Shown in pieces: positions 48,301 to 59,889 of a stretch of DNA of 64,000 nt. Made by a program: the position numbers and the translations under genes. How positions within the stretch are numbered: the first letter of the stretch is position 1; the number at the start of each line of letters is the position of its first letter. The stretch is from Squalus acanthias (taxonomy: Eukaryota). The stretch spans positions 17,548,001 to 17,612,000 of the forward strand of contig CM059432.1 of the NCBI GenBank assembly GCA_030390025.1. Direction: 5' to 3'. The notes under the pieces were generated by a model. The model did no database searches and was not told the DNA's origin. It saw only the letters and a list, made by a program, of their open reading frames with translations.

Positions 48301-50849
48301 TCAGATACGGGGGAATATATAACGGGAAATAAGGAAATGGCAGACCAACTAAATGCATACTTTGGGTCAGTCTTTACGAAGGAAGACACAAAAAACCTCC
48401 CTGGGATATCGGGAAAAATAGGGACATTGGCAAAGGAGGAACTGACGCAAATCAATATCTCTAAGGATATGGTGTTAAGGAAGCTAAAGGGATTGAAGGC
48501 GGACAAATCCCCAGGGCCTGATAACATGCATCCTAGGGTACTGAAGGAGGTGGCCCTAGAGATAGCGGATGCACTAAGTATGATTTTTCAGAATTCATTA
48601 GACTCGGGAACAGTGCCCATGGATTGGAGGGTAGCTAACGTTACCCCACTATTCAAAAAGGGGGGTAGGGAAAAAGCAGGTAATTACAGACTTGTAAGCC
48701 TTACATCAGTTGTGGGCAAAATTCTGGAGTCCATCATTAAGGATGGCACTTAGCAAATGGGGACAGGATAGGACAGAGTCAACATGGATTTACAAAGGGT
48801 AAATCGTGCTTGACTAATCTATTGGAATTTTTTGAGGGAGTAACTGGTAAAATAGATGGGGGAGAGCCAGTAGATGTGGTGTACCTGGACTTCCAAAAGG
48901 CCTTCGACAAGATCCCACATAAAAGATTAGCATGGAAAATTGAAGCTCATGGGATAAAGGGGAAAGTATTGACATGGATAGAGAACTGGCTGTCAGATAG
49001 AAAACAGAGAGTTGGAATAAATGGCTCATTTTCTGAATGGCAGGCAGTAACAAGTGGGGTACCACAGGGATCTGTCCTGGGTCCCCAGCTGTTCACAATT
49101 TACATTAATGACCTGGATCAGGGAGTCGGATGCAGCATTTCCAAATTTGCAGACGACACTAAACTAGGAGGGGGGGTGGGCTCAGAGGAGGAGACCAGGA
49201 AGCTCCAGAGCGATTTGGACAGACTGGGTGATTGGGCGGATAAATGGCAGATGCACTATAATGTGGACAAGTGCGAAGTTATCCACCTTGGGTGCAGGAA
49301 CGGGAGGGCAAATTATTATTTAAATGGCAATAAATTGGGAGAGGGGGAAGTACAGAGAGACCTGGGTGTTCTTGTACACCAGTCACTGAAGGCGAGCATG
49401 CAGGTGCAACAGGCGGTCAAGAAGGCAAACGGTATGCTGGCCTTCATAGCAAAAGGGTTGGAATACAGGAACAGGGATACCTTGCTGCAGCTGTACAGGG
49501 CACTGGTGAGACCACACCTCGAGTACTGTGTACAGTTTTGGTCGCCTCATCTGAGGAAAGATGTTCTTGCCATGGAGGGGGTACAGCGGCGATTCACCAG
49601 GCTGATACCAGGAATGGCGGGATTGACCTATGAGGAGAGACTATGTAGTTTAGGGATGTACACACTGGAGTTTAGAAGATTGAGAGGGGACCTCATAGAA
49701 GTGTATAAAATTCTGACAGGTCTAGACAGACTAGATGCAGAAGGAATGTTTCCCTTGGCGGGTGAGAACAGAACTAGAGGACATAATTTAAGGATAAGGG
49801 CTAAACCATTTAGGACAGAAATGAGGGGGAATTTCTTCACTCAGAGGGTGGTGAACCTGTGGAACTCATTGCCACAGAGGGCAGTGTACGCCAGCTCATT
49901 AAATATATTTAAGAGGGAATTAGATATATTTCTACAGGCAAAAGAGGTTAAGGGTTACGGAGAGAAGGCGGGGACGGGATACTGAATTGGAGGATCAGCC
50001 ATGATCTCATTAAATGGCGGAGCAGGCTCGAAGGGCCGGGTGGCCTACTCCTGCTCCTATCTTCTATGTATCTATGTATCTATGAGATGGAACACTATTC
50101 AGTCACCAGCTTGCTCTGATGCACCCGTCTGTCCGTCCCCCACTTGCATTTCCTCCTCTACGCCCACGATCTCCAGGACCGCATCCTCCCAGGGGGTGAG
50201 CTGGGCTAATGAGGGTGGCCCTCCTCCTGTCCTGGCTCTTTCCCTTTCATTGTGAGCTCTCTTTTCCTGCAATGAGGGAGACAAGTGGAGTTTGAGTGAG
50301 ATTGAGGGAGTGAGTGTAGAGAATCCATAGCATAGATGCTTAGAAGGAGACAAAGATGGATTGAGCTGGCGAGACTAAGGGCCCTCCCTGTGTGTTGTAA
50401 GTTGTTTCCAAAGCATGACAGTGATAGGGAGTGTGAGGGCTGCATAGTCAAATAGTAAGGTGAATGTGACCATTGAGGGAGAGGGAATGGGTAAGGGTGC
50501 ATGGATGTCAGTGTCAAGTGGAATATGGAGGAAGAGGTTGCTAAAGCTGAGTGCTGGTGAGGAGAGGCAATGGGGATCAGATTGAGGGTGAAGGGAAAGT
50601 CATACTCACTTTAGCAGTACGTAGAAGGTCATGAAACCTCTTCCTGCACTGGATCCAGGTTCTGCATGTGAATGATAAAGAGGTGACCTCCTGGGCGATC
50701 TGGACCCACACAGCCTTTGTCTGCTGGGGAGGCTTCTTCCTCCCTGAGGAGGGGAAGAGCACCTCCCTGTTGGCTTTTGCTCCATCCACCAAAGCCTGAA
50801 GGGCAACGTCATGGAACCTGGGAGTAGCCCTGAGCCGTTGGCTGGCCAT
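45361..50849 (-). CDS. Harbinger Myb/SANT-like DNA-binding protein, three exons (50849-50610, 50266-50107, 46385-45361), 474 aa, frame intact
   Basis: RFHDVAL...EVLF...WVQIAQEV...QCRKRFHDL; GT-AG introns in phases 0 and 1 join without stops; basic C-terminus RRSTRKRKK. Confidence 0.85.
46470..50084 (+). mobile_element. 5'-truncated CR1 LINE inside Myb intron 2
   Basis: GDSILRG/HVGTND/DGLHL esterase; YLNARSI, IGDFN, SDHN; PQGSVLGP, FADDTK; (TATGTATC)n tail; frameshifts near 47380 and 48745. Confidence 0.95.
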
Positions 50850-51974
50850 TCCTGCTGCAGGTTTTTAGATTAGAGGTCCAAAAGCTTGGCAGCCTGCAGA
50901 GGAAGCAAGGCTTGTCGCAGACCTTAAATGCAGCAGCAATGATGACGTCATCGGAGGCGACTTTCAGACTGGAATAACTCATTGGAACTCAATTGGCCAA
51001 TTAAGTTAAAATCGCATCATTCATCCACATTAATCTGGAGTTGGGGGGGCAACACGAAATGCGGGTAACACGACCCCAACCCGACCCCAAGACAAAATCC
51101 AGCCCATAGAATATGGCCTTATCTACCCGCCAAATCTGTTCAGTTCATTGTCTGAATTTGGCGGGCCTGCTACCAGTAACTGCTCTGTAAGTGTCAAATG
51201 GGTTTTTGGATGGTTTGCATCCTGTCGATCTTCTTGGCTGATTGCTGGTGATGGGTTTTGTGTTTTGGGTTCCTAGGCTGATCTATAGCCTAGTCCTGGC
51301 TGCTCTGTATTATGCATGTTTCTTGATGGGCTCTGCAATCGGTTTGATGGGACCTATTGTTTTGGGTGGGACTGTCTTCTCCTAGGGTCTATTGTCAAAA
51401 TGGTAATGCATGCTGGGGCTTTGAGTGAGATCATCCCGGTTCCCCAGACAAGCAATTAACTGCAATACCCAAAACTGCTTTTACAGAGCTCGAACCCTAC
51501 TTCCTTCACAGCCTTTTCTCCCTTTACAGGCCCAGACATGTTTTTAAAATGCCAAAACTTGGTTTTTGGTCTTAAATTCCTTATGTTAGGCCCAAATGCA
51601 TTTTTATCACTCTGAGGTAGTTCCAAAGTCCTTTTTCCTTAGGTTTTGGGGATCTGCAAATTTTGGAAACCTTACAGTCCCTCCTGCGATACTTTAACTC
51701 ACTACAGTATCGTTGTGGGTGGACAAAATTCCTGATCCCTGAAAAGCCAACCTTCCCCTGTATTACCTAAACTAAAACCCAAAAACATACATTCCCCTTT
51801 TTGGTGTAGTGTTCCAATACATACAGGTAAGAATCAATAATACATACACATCCAAGCACGGAGGGGGTCCAACACCCCTACACTACTTGGAAAAAACCCC
51901 AAAATACATACATAGAAAGAAAATAACACACGATCACAAAACTTCTTTATTTTTAGAATCGATTCAGGCTTGTT

Positions 51975-54220
51975 TTATACTTGGTAAGCTTTGTTGCAAT
52001 GTTTTTCCCAGGCTTTCTCATGCCGGGAATGGAGCATTCTGTCCTTCCCCTCGCATTTTGTACACAGTAAGTACAAGACTATCCAGAGCTGGCAAACCGC
52101 TAAGATGTGGGAGGCCATCCTAATCCAAGAAGGAACCTCTATGTTTTCAAAAATGTCCCACCAGGGTGGAACCGTGATGGCCGAAATCTCAGCCCCTATC
52201 TCGAGTGTCTTTTGCTCTAGGGTGTAGAAATGCTTCTGTGATACCTGTACAGCTTTTAGTAAGACGGTAAGGTGTTCGGGTAGAGGAGGAATCTTATAGC
52301 CGAAGAAGGTGACATAGTTTTGCAAGTTGGTAATGTTTTCCCTTACAGTGAGGTGAACAGTTGAGGGTTCAGGAATCGGGGACAATCCGTTCCTGGGCTA
52401 CTTGAACTTCTGCCTCGGGTTTAAAGCAGAAACTGCTGTCACTCACCGGACACCAGAAATGCTGTCCATGCTGGTAGTGGGGCGCACTTGTGGTGACACA
52501 ATATGTCCCACCCCCTATGAATGCTACCTGTGGGGGAACATGGTCTTGTGCCATTACCTCCATGGTACAGTTGATAGGTCGTGCGCCAGCAGCTTTAAAC
52601 CCGCACTGTGGTCTAGAGTAGGCGCTCAAGTGCTGGGGACACAGTATTATGTGTGAACCCCGGCTCCGGCACCCGGAGAGGTCAGTACCTGTCATAGCGT
52701 GCTCCCACTTTATGACATAAGGTGGGACCTCTGCGAAACGGACGTGTGCAGCCCCTTGAATGATCCCAATGTTCTCCACCCTGTATACCGGTGCGGGTCG
52801 GGCTGTCCCACCCATGACCGGCATCCTCACTACTATCGCCATGATAGAGTGATTGGAACGTCCACAATCTACTGGGACTGGGTAGGCTTCAGAGGCTAGG
52901 CGGAGCTGACACGGGCTCAGTGAATTGCTGAATGGGTGGAGGGCTGCGAGGTGTTTGTTGCTAATCCAGGAGGGGACCAAACCTTGTTTTAAATCCTCCA
53001 GGGTGTTCACTGTTTTAGCATGTCTCTCCAGCTTAGCAATTATCTCTTTTAGATGGACCATCATAGCTTGGTCCTCGTGTAGCTCTGAGCCTACCACTGT
53101 GTTCCCATCCGTTAGGATCTTTCTCAACTGGGTTTTTAAACCATTTATCTGTGTTTGTAGCTCTATGTCATCTAGGCTATTTATTACTGAGGATCCTGTA
53201 TTATATGTTGTGAAAATATCGTTCCAGGTCCCCCTTCTTTGTCTCCCTGCGCCCATAGTGTGCTCTGCGTGTAATCTGTACAGTTCTGCTTTGTCCACGT
53301 AGGCAAAGACAAATTCATAGAATTTTCTAAATATTTCCTTTAACAGGGCCTGGTATAGCTGTTCTGTCTCCTTAGGACACCATTTAGGTAAGTGTACCTC
53401 GGTAAGGTTTAATATTACTGAAGCTACTGCATAGTGTACCCCCTGATAAAGTACCTTTCGGTCAGTACTAGGACTAGCCCATTCTCTGGTCCCTTGGTGG
53501 TGGTAGGACACCTTTCCTCTACTGTTCGTGAGGTCGTGGTCGTGGGCAGGGGCTTTCGGGGGCGGGCTACTAGTTCGGTGGCGTTGACTGGGGTCGGGGA
53601 CTGTGGGAGCGCGCACACATGTAGGCTAGAATCCCACCCCATCCCCTCCCCGGCATCTTGCCATTGTCTGGAGAAGATGATGGATATGCCTGTGGAGCAG
53701 GCTTTCTCTGACCCCCACATACAAACATAGACTCCCTGTTCCGACTCACACCACTTATCCCAACACACACTCACTCCTCCTTTGGTCCCTGTGATTGTCC
53801 GGTAGGTGTCGTTCCCTAATCTTTCCCAGTCGGCTGTATGGTCCCCTGCATCCTGCTCAGTTTCCTGAGCCACCACCACCTATTCAGGGGAATTCGTCCC
53901 TTACAGGTAAGGCACACACGCTTCCCCTCGGTGACACTGACCCTTGTGGCAACGACCTGTACTCTGGGGCATGGGAGGGAGGCCTCCCCGTACGTGAACC
54001 CGGTCTGGCTGGAGTATTTAGTAGAGTTGGACCCCAGCCACCCTGGCCACCTTCCCTCGTGGAAGTAGATGGCGAGCTCCTCCACTCCCCATTCGCCACC
54101 CCCTGCGGTGACGACCGGTGCTCTCTCTCCCGAGCATCCATAGATGTGGGAGTCCTCCATGTCACCTCGGTCACTGATGCTCACCCCTACCAGGGCGAGC
54201 AGGAGCAGAACCCTTCTCAT
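51975..54220 (-). pseudogene. env: env: class I fusion glycoprotein with N-terminal Ig-like domain (~750 codons, three frameshifts near 53830, 53460, 52375)
   Basis: Splice acceptor tgtgtccctacAG at 54234 just before the ATG; signal peptide MRRVLLLLALVGVS; RQRR at 53244-53233; heptad-like region; Cys-rich region; TM ASHILAVCQLWIVLYLLC; short tail. Confidence 0.85.
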
Positions 54221-54901
54221 GCCGATTTCCTTTCTGTAGGGACACACAAAACAGACAGCCATGTCCCGAGAAGGTTCTCTGGCTGGACAGGTGATCGATT
54301 CTTGAGAAACTTTTAAACTTACTCACTAAAATCCTTAAGACTAGAATTCCTAAAATCCTAAAACTACCAAACTGTAAAACACTTAAAAAATACTAAAACT
54401 CTGTACATTCGCCGCCCGTCTCCGGACGGCCAGGTCAAATCCTGTATGGCCTCTGCCTTGGGCAGCTTCTGAGCAGCCGGTACGCCTGGGCGTGAGGTGG
54501 CCTGTACCGCAGGACCCTGAGAGTCCTTCTTAAAACAACTGAGGGTTTCCCTGAATCCCTGACGATCCTGGGAGTGTCTCCTCCTGTGCTACAGCACACT
54601 GCCCCCTATGGTGTGGCTGCTGAGTCCCTGTCCTGTCATGTGGGTTCCTTGCAGCCTGAGGCTGCAGGCTGGGGATCCCTCTTCTTAGAATGGCCCCTGA
54701 CTTTGGGTATTCTCTTTCGGGTCGCAGCCACTGCTGGGCTGAACCATTGATGTACCGGTGACCACGGCAGTTTAGGCTGTGGTGTGCGAGGAGACCTTCT
54801 CAGGACTCTGGCCACTGGGGGTGTGCCTGAGTCCCACAAAATCGGTGGAGTATACCCTCCTGTGATACAAGCCACTGTCCTGACCGCTGCAGTCTGTGAG
54901 T

Positions 54902-55020
54902 CTTGGTTTTTGGTCTTAAATTCCTTATGTTAGGCCCAAATGCATTTTTATCACTCTGAGGTAGTTCCAAAGTCCTTTTTCCTTAGGTTTTGGGGATCTG
55001 CAAATTTTGGAAACCTTACA
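54902..55020 (-). repeat. Remnant of 5' LTR (first 119 bp)
   Basis: Identical by eye to 51558-51676; begins TGTAAGG on the minus strand. Confidence 0.9.
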
Positions 55021-55357
55021 GATATAGTAACCTAAATGCTTTTTGTCTGGAAAATGACATCAAGAAAAGCTTAAGAGTATCTTGAAAAGGTTGACTGAGA
55101 AGGAAGAGTAAATTACCATATGCTTTAATCAACATAAATTGGATAATTATTATTTACATAATTTACTGACACCTTCCAGGCTTTTCACTATTCTACAAGG
55201 GCTGGGGTTTACAACCTGCAAGACTGGCATGTCTAACTGCCTCTGGAGCCAAATAGAGGAGGGGCGTGTCTTGATTGACATGGACAGTAGCCAATAAGGA
55301 GAAACCAAGGCATTTGTAGAATTGAAAAACTCAACCCAGTAATCCCAGCTCCAACCA

Positions 55358-56154
55358 GGGGGATGATTTTGCCAATGAGGACGTGATGGAGGCGGGACTA
55401 CTGCTTGTCGGGTTTTAGTCCCGCCTCCATCGACGTTCGGCCAACCCACGCTATTTCCCCTTGATTGACCTTGTTAAGCCCGCCCAGCGGGCTTAGCCGG
55501 TCAATTAAGGGAAAGCTGGTGACAGAGAACGTCAGTGTATGACGTTTCAACTGTCAAAAATTTTGACAGATGAATTGTCATCGTTTGACAGCTCTGTGAA
55601 GCTGTCAAACACTGACAATCTGTCTTCTAAGTTGAGTCCTTTACTGAAGACTCACTTAGAAAGCTTTCCTGAGCAGAAAGCAGAAGGCTGCTGCATTTAA
55701 GAATGCAGCGGCCATTCTGCTTTCTCTGCCGGTGAGATGAGGCAGCTCCGCAGCCTAAAGGGATGAAGCCTGGAGGAAGAAGCAAAGGTAAGTAATCTTA
55801 TTAAAACACTTTAGAGTCACCTCACAAACTTACCTCTCCACACTTGCACTCATCACTCACCTGCACAGCGCACTTTTCAGCCCCCGCAGACCCACGGCTT
55901 GCCTCGCTGACCCTGGCTAGGTTCGGAGCCGTTGGGATTAGCCAAAAAACTACCTGTTAACAGGCAGTTAATTGGCACTAATCCCCTTCCTGCCTCGAGG
56001 AGACGGAACCCGGCGCGAGTCGGGTACCCGCCTCCTGGGAAGATGTCACGGAGGCGGGTTGGGGGCGGGATGGGTACCCGCGCCCAGATTCTGCCATTTT
56101 CCCAGCAGTCCCGCGTCCATACTCGCCTCCCCAGGGCTGGCAAAATCGCTCCCC
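55358..56154. mobile_element. Harbinger-type MITE
   Basis: TIR GGGGGATGATTTTGCCA / TGGCAAAATCGCTCCCC; interior related to 27647-28490. Confidence 0.8.
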
Positions 56155-56427
56155 ATGTTTCCAAAATGGACACAGGAATGGGTCTTTCCAAGAAAACATC
56201 ACACAGATAAATCTATGAATAAGTATTGTTTTTTTAAGGATTGCTTATGTTCTAAATGTTACATTCCAGCTGTAAATTTCCAGCTGGGAGAAAATTCAAG
56301 ATGGAGACAAGCTAACCACAACATTTTTGGAACAATTTCATGACTTCATCTTCTTTCTTTTATTGCTTACGGCTGAATTTGGATTGGAAGTATTTTGAAA
56401 TAGCTGATTGGTGGTATTGTTGCATAG

Positions 56428-56842
56428 ACTAGGTTTGTATTCACTTGAGTATAGAAGGTTAAGGGGTGGTTTAATTGAGGTATGTAAGATGATTAAATGA
56501 GTTGACAGGGTAGATAGTGAGAAACTATTTCCTCTGGTGGTGGAGTCCAGAACAAGGGGGCATCACCTTAAAATTAGAGCTAGGCTGTTCCTGAGTGATG
56601 TCAGGAAGCACTTCTTCACACAAAGGGTAGTGGAAATCTGGGACTCTCTCCCCCAAAACAAGCTGTTGAGGTTAGGTCAGCTGAAAATTTCAAAATGGAG
56701 ATTGATAGAATTTTGTTAGCAAGGGTATTAAGGGGTATGAAACCAAGGCGGGGAGATGGAGCCAAGGTACAGATCAGCCATGATCTAATTGAATGGCGTA
56801 ACAGGCTTGAGTGGCTGAATGGCCTACCCCTGTTCCTATGTA
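56428..56842 (+). mobile_element. CR1 3' fragment
   Basis: ESRTRGH...FFTQRVVEIW and CR1-type 3'UTR. Confidence 0.85.
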
Positions 56843-58134
56843 TTCATTTTTGGTTGCTACATGTTGATTGGCACATTCCACACCTGCTCAGTCGCGATTT
56901 GTTTCTCTTTATGAAGGTGACGCTCTTTATGAATATGAAATTTGAGTCAATTGAGTGCAAGACATTTGCGTATATACATGTTTGACATCCAAATGTGACA
57001 TGACAGACAAAATGTGCACTAGATGTGCTGTTTGTGCAGACAGTTGCAGAAGATACATCTATTTTTGGTATGGAGTGCAAAATCCTACCTCCTCAGTGAG
57101 TTGAAGAAAAGAAGTGCCGGTTGGTCCATTGGGTTCTTCGGCACCGATGCCTGCTCGCAATTCAGACCCTGTTTATATTTTCCCATCATAACTGTTATTA
57201 AATCTTTGGAGGGCAATGATTGACGTAGAGCACTCCAAAAAAATGTTTTCAAAAGACTAAATGGAAATATTAGACTGATGCCAAGAATGATTTTATTTTA
57301 GCAACTGAATACGTTTGTTTTGAAACGGTTATCTACCATCTCAGCTCAACCCTCAGCCTCCACCAGGTCACACTAAACGTGGTAGCAGTCCTGTAATTTG
57401 AAGACCAAGGTAATAATCCCAGACCTCCGAGCCTTTTCGACATACAGATTCAGATGCTGTGAAATTCTTTAGGAAAATAAAACACCCGGTATACAGCATG
57501 TTGACATAATAAGGTGTGCAACAAAGATATCATTGTGCCTTTGGAAACCAAAATGTATGAGCTGTTCTTATGGCTTTCGATATCTATTTATATAAATTAA
57601 AAAATTGTTTGCATCCATCATCAACGGGTTCCAGACATCAGGCACTGATAAACATATGACTGTTGATGTATTCTTCAGCAGGGATTAATTAGACACTGAT
57701 ATAGTCTTTCCTGACTATAAGCCACTGCCATTTTAACAGCATTCAATCAGCGATTACTGCCTGGCTCTTGGACTCAGCGCTTGCCCATGTCCCATCCCAG
57801 CTTCTTCCCCAAGAGAACAACTAACATTATAAATAAACTTTTAAAATCTATCTATTTAACTATCTGTCTATCTTATATATCCAAACATTCTAATATATGA
57901 AAAGGAGGACAAGAAAATACAGTCAGGCCCATCAGTCGTACACCATCCAGACAACATTGCAATCTTGTACACTGGTCACTCACCCTCTTACCACATTATC
58001 TCCTGCAAGAGGCAAAAGACTGAGAAAAAAATCTATGCCAAATTCAGGAAAAGCTTTGAGAAAACTTTCCTCTCTGACTCCCTAAGGTAATTAAGCAAAG
58101 AACAGGGTTATGGTACTGGGCAACTCCAAGATCA

Positions 58135-59640
58135 CAGGATGATTCTGAATGCAGAAGGCCATTTGGCCCATCTTAGTTCATCCAGCCAGAGAGGCTCTGA
58201 AGTCTCCCATTGCAAAATCCAATTCGTTCTTAAATGATTCCAAGATTGCCCCGCCACTACTGTACCTGGGAGTCCATTCCATGAATTGCTCACATTATGT
58301 GTGAAAAGGAACTTCTTGATATCAATACTAAATTTAACTTTTACATGTTTGAACCTGTGGCCACTTGTCCTACCCTCACAATTTAACTTTACAGATTTCC
58401 CTTTCCACATTGTTTACTAACTTATATATCTTTACAAAATCTCTTCCTTTCAATGCTGAAAAGCATAGGTGTCTCCAGTCTTTCTTCATAACTCAAACCT
58501 CTGACACTAAGGCCAGTCTTGTGGCTCTTCTCTGCACTACCTCCAAAACTTGAATATCTTCCTTGTGTCTCAGTGACGAGAAGTAGACACAGTACTCAAG
58601 GTGTGTAAGGGGTTTTCTCCGATACCGGTCCCCCGTTACACACAGTTCTTGGACGTCAGGATTTATAAGAACAAAATACACCCAGCACAGGGTTTTGGCT
58701 CAACCTTTGATTCGTTCGTTTATTGAACACACACACACACAATTACCTCCCCAGTATAAATCCCTACGATTTATATCAGGCTAACAACCCCAAAATACAA
58801 ACCCCTATGCAAGGATCATTTGCATCGACACAATATGACACAGTTAAACCCGTCCGCGATTTGACTTACATATAAAGTTACCCAGACTCAATCATAAAAG
58901 CCCCCTCTGTGATTTGACTGAAACATACAATCACCACTCCAGATTGGCTGTCTCCTGGAGTTGATTGTAGGCCCGAATCTTTCTGCTCGCTGTTTTTGCG
59001 TTAGCTTCCCATACTGACCCTCTTCGAAGTGCCTCTTACTTTAAACCAAAACCAACTTGCAGAATCTTGAAACACATTTCCTGGACCCCTCCGGTGCATA
59101 CGATGGCCGTATCAAAATGTGTGAATGTCTCTAGCAGAGAACTCCTGATGGCTAATTGTCCCTTGTATTGACCATTGATTACTTGGGCACCGACTGTCTG
59201 TTATTGAGGTCCTTTCTGACAATGCAACCTTCCCAAGGTGACTGCATGTGCTAATTGTTGGTTTCTGTTTGCATTCGTATTCAAATGGTTCAAGGCCTGG
59301 CCCATTGTCTAGGCCTTCACTGATACTAGTTATTCTGGGGTAAATGAATATGCGAATGTTCTTGTTCAGAAGCATTCGTATTTTAGATTGTCTGCGATCA
59401 TTGAGATCCAGTCTCTTGATGGTTTGTAGCTTCGGCTGCAATGTTTGAATTAACCCTTTATTGCCCATCTCTTTTTGCGGCTGTGCAGTTCTGGGTTTTT
59501 ATATTTCATAGTACAATTTTTACCGTTGTGGGGGGAGGAACGGATCCTACAGGTGTGGTCTAAGCAGAGCACTATACAGTTTAATCATGACTTCCTCTGT
59601 TCTACCATTTTAGCTATTTAGTTCAACATTCTGTTAGCTT
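58135..59640 (-). mobile_element. Degraded CR1 3' fragment split by a solo LTR
   Basis: HLEYCVYF, VQRRATRL and GHRFK motifs; AGTACTCAAGGTG / TGGTCTAAG rejoin across the LTR. Confidence 0.75.
58604..59551 (-). mobile_element. Solo LTR (948 bp)
   Basis: TGTAAGG...CCTACA termini; perfect 4-bp TSD GGTG; minus-strand AATAAA near 58720. Confidence 0.88.
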
Positions 59641-59644
59641 TATA

Positions 59645-59826
59645 AACAAAACAGCAAAAACTGCAGATGCTGGAATTCTGAGACGAGAATAGAAAACGTT
59701 GGAAACACTCAGTAGGTCAGACAACATCTGTGGTGACGGAAGAAGTTTTGACAAAGGATCCAACCTGAAATGTTAATTCCTTTGATCTCGCCACAGAGTG
59801 TTTCCAGTATTTTCTGTTTTTGTTTC
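59645..59826. mobile_element. Palindromic Penelope-like repeat remnant
   Basis: Inverted arms AGAAAACGTTGGAAACACTC...TGTGG / CCACAGAGTGTTTCCAGTATTTTCT; decayed hammerhead-like TTGACAAAGG...CCTGAAATGTT. Confidence 0.5.
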
Positions 59827-59889
59827 ATTCTACTGACCTTGATAATTCCTGCTTTGCATTTGAAGGGACATATTGAATGTCGGGTCCAC

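Larger units (their letters stand above)
43461..51105. mobile_element. Full-length PIF/Harbinger transposon
   Basis: Perfect 13-bp TIR GGGCTGGATTTTG; flanks ATT/ATA; convergent transposase and Myb genes. Confidence 0.93.
42374..51676 (-). repeat. 3' LTR (~1.65 kb: 51106-51676 plus 42374-43460) split by a Harbinger insertion
   Basis: Identical 40-bp repeat on each side of the insertion (43342-43381, 51114-51153); minus-strand TATAAT near 43330 and AATAAA at 42524-42529. Confidence 0.8.
42374..55020 (-). mobile_element. Env-bearing LTR retroelement / endogenous retrovirus, internally deleted
   Basis: TG...CA termini; TSD GATA (42370-42373 and 55021-55024); identical 119-bp LTR starts at 54902-55020 and 51558-51676; purine tract CAGGAGGGAC abutting the 3' LTR; env ORF remnants. 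Confidence 0.9.

Noticed and set aside
42374..55020. Firm classification as a foamy virus
   Set aside because: No gag or pol remains to classify, Env has a short signal peptide and lacks a large SU, and no tas/bet-like ORFs are present; only TM-like motifs, LTR length and TSD size fit.
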